Positions 17,446-31,530 are shown, counted from the stretch's first letter. The stretch: DNA of 64,000 nt from Eledone cirrhosa (GCA_964016885.1 OZ024758.1:558001-622000); one strand, 5' to 3'. Notes: generated from the sequence alone by a model not told the origin. Program-made: numbers and translations.

Positions 17446-17570
17446 ATCTATCTATACTATAAAGCTGACGGCCGTATGTAGGTAACAAACTTTCCGCCAA
17501 ACGGCTGGACCAAACAGCACCAAATTTGCACCATAGATGTAACTTTTTTCAAGTAAAAAAGTGAGGGTAT
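17446..17570 (+). mobile_element. possible Helitron-like element 5' fragment
   Basis: Starts TCTATCTATACTATAAAGCTG and contains AACGGCTGGACCAAACAGCACCAAATTTG, resembling non-autonomous Helitron 5' ends. No 3' end recognised. Confidence 0.35.
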
Positions 17571-17881
17571 CTTTGTCTACTGGATTTTGTTAAAAGATTA
17601 AAGACATTATTTAAATATTCACTTCTTTAAAATGTGAAATGTCAACACTTACGGTTATACGTCATTCTTCACTTTTCTTTTACCAAACTCGTCCCATGGA
17701 CTGAGTACTCTACTACTGTGGATATAAGCCCGGTCCGAGAATCGAACTTACAATCTTATATATTCTCATTTCTTCTTCTTCTTCTTCTTCTTCTCTATGT
17801 ATTACTTTTGTACTAAAAAATGCCAGAATCTTTATCCTATTATGTATTACTTTTATTACGTCAGTGTTCTTCATATCTCTG

Positions 17882-17956
<75 letters not shown>

Positions 17957-17958
<2 letters not shown>

Positions 17959-18020
17959 GATCCCGTTAAGGGTGAAAGCAGCGATTCTTTGCTTTAACTT
18001 TAATCTGTTATTTTAATAAA
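17957..18020 (+). mobile_element. Penelope-like remnant family B, fragment with a 5'-truncated hammerhead
   Basis: AAGATCCCGTTAAGGGTGAAAGCAGCGATTCTTTGCTTTAACTTTAATCTGTTATTTTAATAAA is near-identical to 22440-22503 and is embedded in (TA)n. Confidence 0.7.
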
Positions 18021-18374
18021 TATATATATATATATATATATATACATTCTGACATTTTGCATTCTACTTCACAATTAATTTAGGGGTTATACACAATTAA
18101 AGAAAGGTCAAATCATTATCATTAATAAAAAGATATTGAGTACTTTGCATGTGGTTATATGAATAAGTGCATTCAATGTCATAATTACACACTGATTGAA
18201 CTAAAACCTGTAACATTTCAATATGGAAGAAACTGTGAGGCATTTTTAAATATGTGACAAAATATCAAATGGTGAATTAAGTTCTTGCAGCGAATATTAA
18301 AAAAAGTCTATAAACTATTATGATGGGTTTAAAAAAAAAGACGAAAGTTAAAAGCAAAACAAAAGTAAAATAAT

Positions 18375-18549
18375 TGTTTCTACTTTTGGCACAAGGCCAG
18401 CAATTATTCCAGTGCATTACTGGTACTTTATTTTATCGACCCCGTAAGGATGAAAGGCAAAGTTAACCTCGGCGGGATTTGAACTCAGATCATAAAGGGA
18501 GGTAACTCTATGCTTCAAAGCATGGCGTCCGACCCTTACCCATACTGCC
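18375..18549 (-). mobile_element. SINE family S1 with an 18-bp target-site duplication
   Basis: Reverse-strand B box (GGATTTGAACTC) and core TCGACCCCGTAAGGATGAAAGGCAAAG. Flanked by AAACAAAAGTAAAATAAT at 18357-18374 and 18550-18567. Confidence 0.88.
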
Positions 18550-18669
18550 AAACAAAAGTAAAATAATATAAGTCAATGAGTAAACTCAGATAAATTAACA
18601 GAATTCTGTCTCAATATTTCACTGTATTATAGAAAATATTTATAAAATTTTACCCAAGGCTGAATATAT

Positions 18670-18935
18670 AGAGCTAAGTTTCTTATCTCTTATCCTTGGG
18701 GAACCCTTGAAATAGTGTCGTTGTCTCAAGGAACTCCTGCATAAAAATTATTATATACCATTATTACTCCCTGAAGTTTTCCAGCAGACAGGGTGAAGCC
18801 ATGCTGGGGCACCGCTATTTATTGGTATCGATCTCTTTTATATTTTTATCGTAGTTTTTTCCGGAACCCTTAGCGAGGTATTGTGACTTATTGCGGCACC
18901 CTAAGGTTCCAGGGAACACCGGTTGCGAAACGCTG
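18670..18935. mobile_element. hAT/Charlie-like MITE remnant
   Basis: The right end GGTTCCAGGGAACACCGGTTGCGAAACGCTG and repeated GGAACCC subterminal motifs resemble Charlie-type MITEs. The left end is decayed. Confidence 0.45.
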
Positions 18936-20483
18936 CTACAGAGAAATCTAAACATCTTGTATTTATATACATTATTTTTGATGTCAGAAAAAGAGGGATC
19001 AACCGGACAATTTCTATTAGCGTTTTTCAACGATCAGCTATCAATATATATATTTGAATGTATTTTAATTCTCATCAAATTAACTGTCAAGACATATTAT
19101 CGATCTGCTCTTGTCTAATCACCATTCAGATGAGCAGATAGATAACGGAGTTGCGTCTATAGTTCGTGCATAACAGGTCGATGTACAATAAAAAAACTAC
19201 CTGTATACGAAACATCATTGTTTTCCTTAGTCTGTGTAAATATACTTAGAAACTATCACTAATAAAGTATATCTAGTAATAGTGCAAAGATCATTGTAAC
19301 ATGCATACATTTATCTGCAATTTGGTTTTTGAGGAAGTTGGTAAAATATTTAACTAATCTATAAATAAATGATAACAGATTAAAGAAAATTCTTTTAGAT
19401 TGTTCTTTTAAGTCTTCAGCAGATATGTACTGTTAAAACTGCTCATAGACCACTGTTGATATTGATTTCTATCAATAAGATTTTAAATGATGAACAGTAG
19501 AAAATAGCTCGTCTTCTACTTTATTATGAATTATTCTATAGTTAAATTTAGTTTCCAGAATTTTCAGACTACCCATTGTATTGGGCAAGTCTTTTGTTAT
19601 ACTGCCATACATCTAGACAGTAGTTGCTATAGAGAGTGACTTGCTAACACATATCGGGATATTTGTTTTAGTAATGTTATAAAATCATAAAACATCTTTG
19701 ATACTGTATATAGTTCCATCCTGCAACAAATGGTGTATAGTAAGTCGGAAAAGTACCAGTAAATAAGGATATTATGATCAAAGGGGAACAGAAGAAACTA
19801 ATTTGTTTTCATAAAAATCAAAGGACCCTTTGGAAAAGTATATAAATTCTAAACGACATCTACAAAATTACATGGATACAATATCTCCACCCAGCAACTC
19901 AAAACAAAACGTAACAGGTCTGTCGTATCAGCTGACTCTGTATATAAAAAGAAAAAAAAGAGAAACCGAAAAACAATAACGAAAACTTACCCTTTCATTC
20001 TCATTTACAAGAAAATATACACCGGAATACTTAACTGTATTATATACAAACAAAAACGTTATTTCCTTAGATAATTCACACAACAAGTAATATTCCCCTA
20101 AACAATGGAGCAAAGGAACAGAGTTATACAATACAAACGTAAATATATCTCGCAACGTAGGTTTCAAAATATCATGTATTCTATTCAGTAACTCGACATA
20201 ATAAGATACTTAGATGTTGAAACATACTTTATCCATGCCACAGTTGACACAAGAATAGTACAACCGAAATATTATGGAAACACAATAGAAAGACATGAAG
20301 CACAAAAGAGTTTCCAAATATCTTTGTTATTTTTACACTTAAAGAGAAAGCATGAAATGAGAATGTTTTCTCTTGTATTACAGGAAGAATATGAAAATAT
20401 ACAACTATTATTGTTACATTAAAAGACAAATATTTAATATTATATTTAAGGTGTAAATAAAAGAGATCATATTTAAGCATATA

Positions 20484-20698
20484 CAGAGGATAGGCGACTG
20501 AAAAGTTCAAAAGTTGACCAAGATACTATCATCGAATGACCAAATGAGGTTTATTTTACAACATAGTCCCTGAAAAGAAACAATGTAGTTATTTATAAGA
20601 AGAGTAGAAATTCATGCAAAAATGACAAGATCTATGTTGAAAAATAAATCTCAATGAGAGCATCTTGGTCAGCATATGAACTTTTCAGCCAACCCGCA
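20484..20698. mobile_element. Tc1/mariner MITE
   Basis: Terminal inverted repeats CTGAAAAGTTCA..GTTGACCAAGAT / ATCTTGGTCAGCATATGAACTTTTCAG. Same family as 53911-54105. Confidence 0.7.
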
Positions 20699-22367
20699 TA
20701 TATAATTATAACTAGTTGGAATTTTAGTTGAAACCAATTAGTAAAATTACTTCAAATAGTTTGAAATTGTATCCACTTTTTATTTTTGAAATGAAATATA
20801 TCGACACGCCATCAATAGAATTTATAACACATAGAAGGATATATATATACCCCGTTATGTAAATGACCGTTTCAAATACGAGAAGTTGTAGTATTTCTTT
20901 TAGAAACCTTGATTCCCATTTTGTTTTCATGTTTCATTATTTTATCATTTTTTATTTCCGAAATTGCCTCTTCAATTTAAAAATATTTTAGCGAGCTTAA
21001 AATATTTAATAATTAGAAGAAGAAAAACCCAACAAATATTTATTAATTTGAGAATTCTATAAAAAATATATTTATGCCTTAAAAAAATTAAATTGAACAA
21101 TGAAGGATATTTAAACAACTCTGTGTAGTTTTTTCACATCATTAAATATTTCCATTCACTATATCTCTCCTAAGATCTGTGTAATATGTCCATGAATACC
21201 AAAACCGAAAAGGTATTCCCCATTATGTATTTTGAAATTCATGTTATATATATATATATATGTATATATATATAGAGAGAGAGATAAATATAGCTATATA
21301 TATATACAATATATATATACATATATAATATAATTATAAATATATATATAGAGAGAGGGGTACATATATGTGTGTGGTGGTGGGTGACATTCCATTTCTT
21401 TTTTAAATTCAATTACATTCAAATATCCCGAGGCCAAACAAACTAACAATTAAATGCTTTCATGGTAGCAATAACAATAATAACAACACCAAACAAATTC
21501 AGATGCAATATGATAATTATACTACTAGTAAAACCACTGAGATAATAATAATAATAATAGTAATAAAAAATGATAATAATAATATTTTCTTTATTAACCA
21601 CAAGGGGCTTATAATAATAATAATAATAATAATTGTTATTATTATCACTAGTAGTAGTACTAATAGTACAACCACTAATAATAATTTAAGATATAATCGT
21701 ATTGAAGTGTTTATATATTCCTTGTAAATATTTTGCCACATCATAACGATTCGAAATACTGTATTCATCATATTTTCTAAATATTTTGAATTACCTTCCG
21801 GCTGTATATCTTTGAATAGGGGAAATATTTGCTGAGAAACTTTATTATAAGATTAAAAACAAGAATAAAAAATGAAGTAGATGAAAGGCACATAATATAC
21901 AAGTCTTGCAAGAAGGAATAAGGCAGAGGAAACGGGGTGTGTGAGTGTGTGTGTGCGTGCGTGTGATAGAGAAAGAGAGAGAATATGAGTGAGAAAGCGA
22001 GTGAAATAAAAGTAACGAGAGATTTTGATGGGTAAAGGCATGAGGAAATATTCTATAGAGACACACAAGGGTGACCTTGAGCCAATCATCTGCGAAACGC
22101 GCGTAACAGGTTGATACAAAATAAATATCTTTTATATGTAAATGAAACTTCCTCTTTTATGTTCTAATATATATACTCTACCTATGCATAGAGTGGTTCC
22201 TCTGGTACCAACACCAGTAATTCACTGAACCACCTACACTATATATATATATATATAGTAATAATAATAAATTTGAAGACTAAAATCCAAAGATTGCTCG
22301 ATAAGGATAATTATATATCATATATATAAGAACCGTAGAGCAAATATTTATTAAAGTAACAGATTAA

Positions 22368-22418
22368 AGTTTAAGCAAAGAATCGCTGCTTTCACCCTTA
22401 ACGGAATCTTCTGAAACT
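22368..22418 (-). ncRNA. type I hammerhead-like fold, variant core CAGAAGA (minus-strand copy)
   Basis: Reverse complement reads AGTTT, CAGAAGA, T-TCC-GTTAA-GGG-T, GAA, AGCA-GCGATTCTT-TGCT, T, AAACT. Confidence 0.55.
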
Positions 22419-22431
22419 AAAAAAAGGTTTT

Positions 22432-22482
22432 AGTTTCAGAAGATCCCGTTAAGGGTGAAAGCAGCGATTATTTGCTTAAACT
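22432..22482 (+). ncRNA. type I hammerhead-like fold, variant core CAGAAGA (plus-strand copy)
   Basis: AGTTT (22432-36), CAGAAGA, T-CCC-GTTAA-GGG-T, GAA, AGCA-loop-TGCT, T (22477), AAACT (22478-82). All three stems pair. Confidence 0.6.
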
Positions 22483-22543
22483 TTAATCCGTTATTTTAAT
22501 AAATATATATATATATAGTGTATATATATATAGATACATAGAT

Positions 22544-22606
<63 letters not shown>

Positions 22607-22665
22607 TAGATACACACATATATATATAGTGTATATTGTATATATATATAGAGAGAGATAGATAG

Positions 22666-22776
<111 letters not shown>

Positions 22777-22831
22777 TACACACATATATACATAGAGTAT
22801 ATTGTATATATATATAGAGAGAGATAGATAG

Positions 22832-22958
<127 letters not shown>

Positions 22959-23883
22959 GGCAAATCATGATGTTTTGGAAGGGTGTATAATATAATTGAT
23001 GAAATACATGGAAGTTGTTCTGGATGTATTGGAGCTTCAGGCAATATTATATCTAGCGAGGCAGCTGTTCTGAATGATGTTAATCAATAACTCATTAATG
23101 CTATAAACTTTAAACATGGCGTAAAACACACATGTACATGTATGTACACACTCATATAAACATACATATATCCATTCTCACACACACACACTTAGATCAG
23201 CCAGCCCATGAACACAACATCATACAAGAATACCATAGCACATGTACGTTTATCGATATAAACAAATTCGTAAAGGAAATCGCTTTTCTCTGTTTATTCT
23301 TCTACATAAGTGTTGAGAACATATTTTTGGTCTGTGGGATGTATGGTTCGAACCAACATGACCATCGGCTCTGACAATGTCTTTCCCATCACCCTCAAAC
23401 AATTATCGTACTCCTTCTCTCACAGAACCGGGTGACATCGTCGTGTCGAGTGGTTCAGGATTGGTGGGGTGGTTCAGGATTGGTGGAGTACCGGAATCGT
23501 CTGTGGGTGGTTATCTCTCCTGTTGAAGAATTTTCACTGTTATACATTTCTTGTTATTTTGTTATTGTTATTAATATAGTTTACACGTTTTATATGTAAA
23601 CCCCCCCCACTGTCCTTATCTATTGTATTGTCCCCTATATGTAGGTCCCTGTGGACAATAAAGAAATTATCATTTTTATTATTATTATTATCAATATATA
23701 TTCAGCAGCATTATATCCGGCCTTTTTGTGACAAACCACTTTTGTTTGGTATTGAAACAACAAAACAACAACAGAACAACAACAAAACAACAGAAAAAAA
23801 AAATTATTTCAGTTTTCATATGCCTCAGATATCCGGTCGTCTTTCTGATGAATTGATAAAATAATTGTGGATGTACATATTTT

Positions 23884-23978
<95 letters not shown>

Positions 23979-24035
23979 GTATATATATATGTATATATAT
24001 ATATGTATATATATATGTATATATATATGTATATA

Positions 24036-24077
<42 letters not shown>

Positions 24078-24506
24078 CATATATAAAGATATATATTTGT
24101 ACTATATGTATGTATATATGTATGTATATAAATTTCATAGAATATGAAATGGTTGGTGGCATTAAGACAAGTGTCTTTTGTTGAAACCAAATTATTTAGC
24201 AGACATTTTGCTTGCGTGTGGAAGAAAGCATGTTCGTATGTGCATATATGGGCCACCAGTGGAATTAGTTGCAAATATTTTGGAATATTTCAAAGGTTTT
24301 ATAATGAATCATTGTTGTTTTTGTCGGTTACCCCGTAGAACAGACAATGAAAAGTCTGCCAGCCATGATAATCCTACAAACAACATAAACATACAAATGT
24401 CCTCTCACACACAGACTGTCACACATACACATTATGTCATTAACCCGTACTCAATATATTCGTTTACAGACATTCACATTTAACACGCAGTGTATTTGAG
24501 TGTGTG

Positions 24507-24564
<58 letters not shown>

Positions 24565-27228
24565 TTAAGTGGCTGTGTATTATAATAAACATTATTCAAC
24601 GTGTCCTCCGTTTTTTAAAAGAATTCTTCTGTTTTGTGTATTATTTGTCTGGAATTTGCTACATATCAACCGTATAGAGTATAGTGGGATTTTCTATATA
24701 TATTTCATCCACTACTAAAATCAAGTATTATCTTTAGCAGTAAATTGGACAGCGATATTCTATCGTTTCGTAGTTAAATGTTGCTGTCCTTACATATATA
24801 TTTAGTAAAATATAGAAATATCAACATTTGTAAATTCGGAATACTTATTTGAAATAATGCGTACTCAGCTAGAATGTCTTCAAAATAATCCGTTCATTTT
24901 TGTTTTTTCATGTAAGTAGAAAGCATTTTCTCATTTATTCAGTTACCTTTACGATGATCCCAGACATTTTCGGGTAATTGCATATGTTATTCATATCTAT
25001 ATTGGATTCTCTAAATGACCAAATTCTGAAGGTGGTATTGTCAAAGAAATATAAACTTTCTCATGGAAGTTTTCTTTTACCTTTTACTGCCGTTTCTAAG
25101 TGATCGGAAAATAGTATTTTATTTACTGTATCCATCGGGTGTAAAAAGTTGAAGTGCCACAGGAAATGTACTAAATATGATGTAGTAAAACTAGGTAGTA
25201 GGGATCGAATCTTGTTCTAGTCCAGTTTGTATTTAGCGAAGGATTTTGAACATTTACTTACAATTAAATATCCTATCGTGCCGGCAATTTAGAAGGTCCT
25301 TTCCGGTTACTATTTCAATTACTTCCGCCAAACATAGTTCACAGGAGCATCTTTCATTCCGGTATGGACGACGAATTTTAGCATGGACCTTGTAGTGTGT
25401 ATTTAATATTAGCGCGCTTCAGATCCCAAATTCCTTTCTACATTCAAACGTTACAGCCGTTTCAATTAGGTAAAAACCACACATGCTAATGTGGTCTTTT
25501 TCACAACAGTGAAATATCCGTATGTGGTAATAAAAATGAGATTATACACAGTTGGAGGAAAAGATACTTGGCGTTTTCTATTACTCATTGCTTCAGTTAT
25601 ATGAAAAGGAAATAATATGACATGAATGTACTAAACTAAAGATTCATTATTTTGTACATTCCTTCGTGTTGTTAGTGTCTTATATAAAGTTGTTAGATCA
25701 ATCTGTACAATATAAGAAACATATAAAACCCCATAGACCATTATGAATATTGAAAGTCACTTTATCTTTTATCATTGTTCGTGTTTTTGCAAGTGTGAAC
25801 TCATCGAAATTTCTGTTTCTTGAGGGAAACATGTTGAATTGCTTTTCTTCGTGTTAGGAAGAAAGGGAAATATCCACCCCATCCACATCATGCACACGTA
25901 TCTTCATCCCTCTTTATGATACATGTAAACTTCATCTGTAAACAGAATCAAATTTGCTCTGTTTATATAGAATTGGGCTGGTGCTTCGACGCATGCTGGT
26001 ATGTAAATATTATGAAGACATTCAATCGTATATATATGTGTTAGTGGGCTAGCATAACAGAGGTTTTTTCCCCAGTATGATTGCAATGGTATTAGTAACA
26101 TTCCAGCCCTCTTTGACCTTCCAGTGTTACAGTGGTGGTTTAGCATTCACTTTCTGACATTCAATCATTTTTCCGGTTATGTCATTTACTGAAATCTTGA
26201 TGTCAGATCCATTGGTGATAGCATTCGAAAAGTTGTGGGAACAGTTCAAATTGAATTTGCAGCACGGAAAAACGTTTAGTTTAGAGTAAAGTTCTGCATC
26301 AGTGTCAGATTCTTCATAGACATGAGAAAAGACAGAGTGCTAAATGACTTATCGTTGTGAACGAGTTGAAAAACCCAGTAAACGTAGTTTTAGTTCAATA
26401 ATTCAGTTTCTTTGAATTGGAATTCATTGCAGGTCTTTAGTTCGTATCTAGACAGGAAATATAACTCAATGGGGTTCATTTCTCTTCTCTGTTGGTGTTA
26501 AATACCTACCATTTAGAGAAAACATCAGCTTTCTTTAAATAACTCAGTTAATGAACCAAATAACAGTAAATTATTCTGAAAAAAGGTCTAATGTCTGTCT
26601 TGAGCTCGGAAATACCGATGTTTATCCCGGCTTTCATTGCTGAATTAATTAAATATCAGTATTTTATCTTATCTAAATTCATACCTTTACGTTTTGAGTT
26701 TGATTTCCCGCCTGGGCGATCTTTTAGTCTTCTTTAAAGATCGATTATATACGTATCAAATATTGAAGCAGATTTAATGTTTAAAATTGTGATTTTAAGT
26801 GTAACAATTATCGTCTGATAATATTTTAAAATAGAATATAACAATTTCGTTGGGAGACATTGTAAAACAGATTGGTGAGGTACGTTATTTCAATTTACTG
26901 TTATTATCTTTTGAATTATTGATTATTAACCATTATATTAGAAAATGATCTATGTGTAAATATACTGCCTACATTAGGTGTCGAGATTTTTTATTCACTT
27001 CGTAAATAATTTTGTCATATTTTTCCAAAGTACCACGATATTCTATACGTTATAAAATATTCCAGATACACTTAGCCGATTTTCAATGAAATTATTTTAT
27101 TGATCAACTATTATTATGGTTAGTTGCTCTGGGACGCACGCATTTCTAATTTTTCCAATACTTCCTATGTCAACCGCTTTGTTTATACTTCTACTACGTG
27201 CTTAAAATCTTCTAGAACGTCTAGCCAG

Positions 27229-27301
27229 CGTCTCTTTAGCCTACTTGGTTATACAATCACCAGGTTGCCAAGAAATGCCGGGTTCGATTCCTCGGAGGCG
27301 A
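27229..27301 (+). pseudogene. tRNA-like sequence (tRNA pseudogene or SINE head)
   Basis: A-box-like TAGCCTACTTGGTTA, B box GGTTCGATTCC, acceptor-like pairing CGTCTC/GAGGCG. The anticodon arm does not pair. Confidence 0.45.
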
Positions 27302-28411
27302 ATATGTATATTTTTTGTCTGTTTCCAGGATTATATTACGCGATTTTCCTATATATCATTTATAGTGATCGACTATTATTATAGTTATAATATGACCAGT
27401 GTTTGTGTGCAAGTAGATGTCACCATTTTCATTGGCCCAATAAATACCGTAATGTATTAAAAATCATTAATATAGGAAGTGATGGCTTGCATGCATGTGT
27501 CACTGATTTTCTCCTTCTGCACCACACGTGGGGCACCTCCACTCGTGTGTTTGATGTATACGCATATGTATCTATGTAGTGTTGACCGAGCTTACATGTG
27601 TGCGAGTGCATATACACACACATAGGTAGACCTACACACATAGTTAGACCTACACACACACGCATAGGTAGACCTACACACACACACACACACACACACA
27701 GGCAGACCTACACACACACACAGCTAGCATGCCAGCCCTCTCAACTCCCTACACGTGTCAGAACGCTCGCACACAAACAAGCTGGCACATAGACAGCAAT
27801 ACATAGAAAATAACCCTTTAAATACAGTCACGGTCTTATGCCCATCAAGACATCCTACTCCCGTAGCTGTGTATAAATAGTTCTCCCCCACCTATCTAAG
27901 CTTCTTCTGCAATTTTCAGTTTTCAAGATGGTTGAAACACAATAACATGTGCCTTCTCTCCTATCTAACTTTTTCCTGTTTATTTTATTTTATTACTCTC
28001 GTCGTTCACCTTATTTCTACTTCTCATTCACAAACACACTCTCTTCTTTTTCATTCTAACTTCCGATGAAAGTCAAGCGTCCGAAAGGTCAAGACACATG
28101 TCTTGCTATACGCAGCATTAAACTGAAATATCATTGTATTTTATTGTTCTTCTCTGTTTTGTTTTCCTTGCTAATTTCCCTTAAACATCCACACACAAAC
28201 ACGACTATATATGTGTCAGTGTCTGTTTAGTAGCACATACCAGCACAATTTACTGATGAGACGATATAATGTTAGAGTATTATTATATATATTCTCCCAA
28301 TGAATCATCAAGTTTCCCGTCTGAAGGCCTATTGAAAATCTATGATAAACATAGGCATGCGAAACTTGTAGTCAACCTTCTCCATCCGCTCTTTTCCCCT
28401 TAACACAAAGA

Positions 28412-28442
<31 letters not shown>

Positions 28443-28443
28443 G

Positions 28444-28488
<45 letters not shown>

Positions 28489-28532
28489 TCATTCATCTCT
28501 GCCTCTCTTTCTATATATATATATACACACAA

Positions 28533-28568
<36 letters not shown>

Positions 28569-28652
28569 GCTCATTCATCTCTGCCTCTCTCTCTATATAT
28601 ATATACACACAAACACTCACACACACACACACATACACACACACACACACAC

Positions 28653-28690
<38 letters not shown>

Positions 28691-28758
28691 GAAAGGTATA
28701 GAAATTGTTTTAGCGAGAAGCTAACAGCATTCCATAACATATATATATGTACATGTAT

Positions 28759-28912
28759 ATCTTTATTATATCTAGAAAAAATTTCTACAGTACTAGAACT
28801 GTGTAATTCGTATGAAATCATCAGGGATGATACGAATGTATCAGTTCTAGTACTGTAGAAATTATTTCTAGATATAATAAAGATGCCTATACTCTACTGA
28901 CGTATTGAGTAT
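28759..28912. mobile_element. Penelope-like remnant family C, inverted structure with decayed hammerheads
   Basis: Inverted repeat 28759-28884 (CTACAGTACTAGAACTG / CAGTTCTAGTACTGTAG) homologous to 37108-37217. The minus arm keeps CTGATGA but GAAA is mutated. Confidence 0.65.
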
Positions 28913-29323
28913 ATATATATATATATTTACATACATGTTTGTGTGCTTATATCTGCAGTGGTGTGTTTAGAAAGTTGTAAAGATCGATAGTCTTACGCCG
29001 TTTAATAACTGAAGCTAATGCCAAGAACTTACCTTGGAGTTAGAGATAAAAGAAATGTTGTGTATGTATGGATATGTTTGTACACTATACACACAGAAAT
29101 AGTGTAGAGAACTGGGCTGAAAGTGATAGAGTGAGATATAGGGAGAGAGAAGAAGAGAAAAGAGAGCGGTTTTTGTGAGAAAGAGCCAAAGAATGATAGT
29201 GTACATGACACGTCTATCAATATGATTTTGTTCTAACATCTAAAGATTTGTAAATATCAATGGGGAGAAATCGAACGAACCCTTAAATCAAACGAAACTT
29301 TAAAAAATAAACAGAACCCAACC

Positions 29324-29366
<43 letters not shown>

Positions 29367-30569
29367 AGTATAAATTCACATGCACATATATATATAAACA
29401 TATACCTACGTACATACATAGATATGTGCGTACAAACAGGCATACATACATGATGGCTGCCCCCTCGTTATCGAGTATGGCCATTGCACGAGAAAAAAAA
29501 AGAAAAAAAAAGAAATATATATATATATATATATACACACATACATATATATATATACACATATATATATATACATATATATATACACATATATATATAT
29601 ACACACATATACATTAATAACAATAATAATGATAATAATAACAACAATAATAATAATGACAACAACAACAATAATAATATACATATATATACACACACAC
29701 ACGCACACACATAAACATATCTATACATACACACACACGATAGCAACTAACAGCGCTGCGATCGAATGTGGCTTTTTAGCCCAGCCAATGATCTAAAATG
29801 TCTTGCACAAAGTCGGCAACCAAATAAAAAAAAAAACAAAAAAAAAAAACATACATACATACACATGTATATACATACATATATATATGATCTAAATTTA
29901 AAAAAAAAGAAGTAGAGGTAGCTTGCCCACTACTCACGAAAAATAATTCCTATCCAAAAGTACAAAAATACAACAACAACGACAACAATAGATAAAACGG
30001 AAAACAATATAACAATCTTGCAAAAGAGATCGTCACAGTAAAAGTTAAAAAGCAAGCTATACACAAATATCTCGTGTGTAATAACAATAATAGTTAAATA
30101 TCTATTTACCATTCAACTGCCAAAAAACAACAACACAAAAGAAGAAAGTGGTAGATAAGGTGTGGTGAGGGGGGGGGGAGAAAAACAACAAAGTAAAAGT
30201 TAAAATCACTGTCAAAATAGCAATAAAAGTAGAAAAGAAAGGTATTGTGGAGTAAGAAAGGGTTGAGAGAAAACCTGCTGGGGAGTAAAAGTCAATGTCT
30301 GATGCGGCAAACAGAAAGTACCGAATGGTGCTTGTCTGTTTCAATGATTTTCTTTACGAAAAAGCAAGATTTTCATTGCCAAAGCAGCTGTTTTGAGTAA
30401 GAGAAAAAAGTGTTTTTCTCGCTAGTTTCAAATCACGAAATACGTACGAGAATGCTGTCGTTATTATCGGTGCACCATCGAGAAGTCTCTACAGCGCATG
30501 TATTTTGTAATTCTGGGATCCTGGAATATTGTCGTATTGTTTGTACAGTCATGGATGCATCATAACCGA

Positions 30570-30830
30570 TTGGTTTGTTTCGGAACCATTAGCTTCCAGT
30601 TTCAATCCTATCATCTGGTACGGTGGGCAAGGGTTCTATAGCTCCGTGTCCAGCCATGTCTTGTGAGTGGAATAAGATGGGCAGATGTTTCTAGACATCC
30701 GTCGGAGGCACTGTAGCTATAATTCAAACAGCTCACCTTGTCACACACCGTCTTACGTTGAATCTTCCTGAGAGTTAAATTAGAGGTACACATGTCTACC
30801 TATAAGCCACCTCCACCACCATCTGTTCTC
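30570..30830 (+). mobile_element. old SINE copy (CORE-like)
   Basis: Contains TGGGCAAG..TTCTATAGC...CTTGTGAGTGGA motifs. A similar TGGGCAAG..TTCTA fragment lies at 6155-6193. Heavily diverged. Confidence 0.4.
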
Positions 30831-31427
30831 TTGATCGAGAGGTCTATTGAGGCCTACTTTTATTTGAATAGTTCAATATATTTTTTGAATATCTTTCCTG
30901 GTTTTGTGTTCTTTATGTTAATTTTTACAAATATGCTTTAATCACACAAATTTTCTCAAGTTTATCTTATATATATATATAAGAATACATAAAGTAACGT
31001 ATAATCTATTCTCCCAAAACAGGAGGGTGTGTTATTTGAGTGGTATTTTCAGTGGGTAGAGTAACTATCTAAAGGATCAAACTGATCGCTAAGTAAGTCA
31101 TTATACTGATTTACAGAATTGAATTAAATAAATAAACTGAATGCGATTCAGTAATTAAATAAACTCAGGATAATCAGGAAATAGTTATACTATTAAATTT
31201 CTGCCGTAATTACAAGATTAGAGAGCGTTATAAAGTCGAATTAAATAATTGACTTTAAGCTAAAATTAATGATATTGTAAGGAGAAATATATAATGGTTA
31301 CATAGTCAGAGGTTTCCTGGAAGGTTACAGTAAATTATATAAACCTTAACAATCACTTTACATATCGTTAAACCGGTTTGGTTATTGTAAGCTGCCTTGA
31401 TTTGATCACACACACACACACACACAT

Positions 31428-31530
<103 letters not shown>

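Larger units (their letters stand above)
22258..22503. mobile_element. Penelope-like remnant family B, head-to-head inverted structure
   Basis: The long arm (22258-22420, minus) and short arm (22428-22503, plus) are reverse complements over ~75 bp. The long-arm tail matches 38474-38568. Flanked by (TA)n. Confidence 0.7.

Noticed and set aside
27229-27301. Functional tRNA gene
   Set aside because: A and B boxes and the acceptor stem are present but the anticodon arm does not pair. Kept only as tRNA-like.
28060-28093. CTT-CCGATGA-...-GAAA-GGTC-AAG possible minimal hammerhead
   Set aside because: The core is mutated, stem II does not pair and stem I is only 3 bp.
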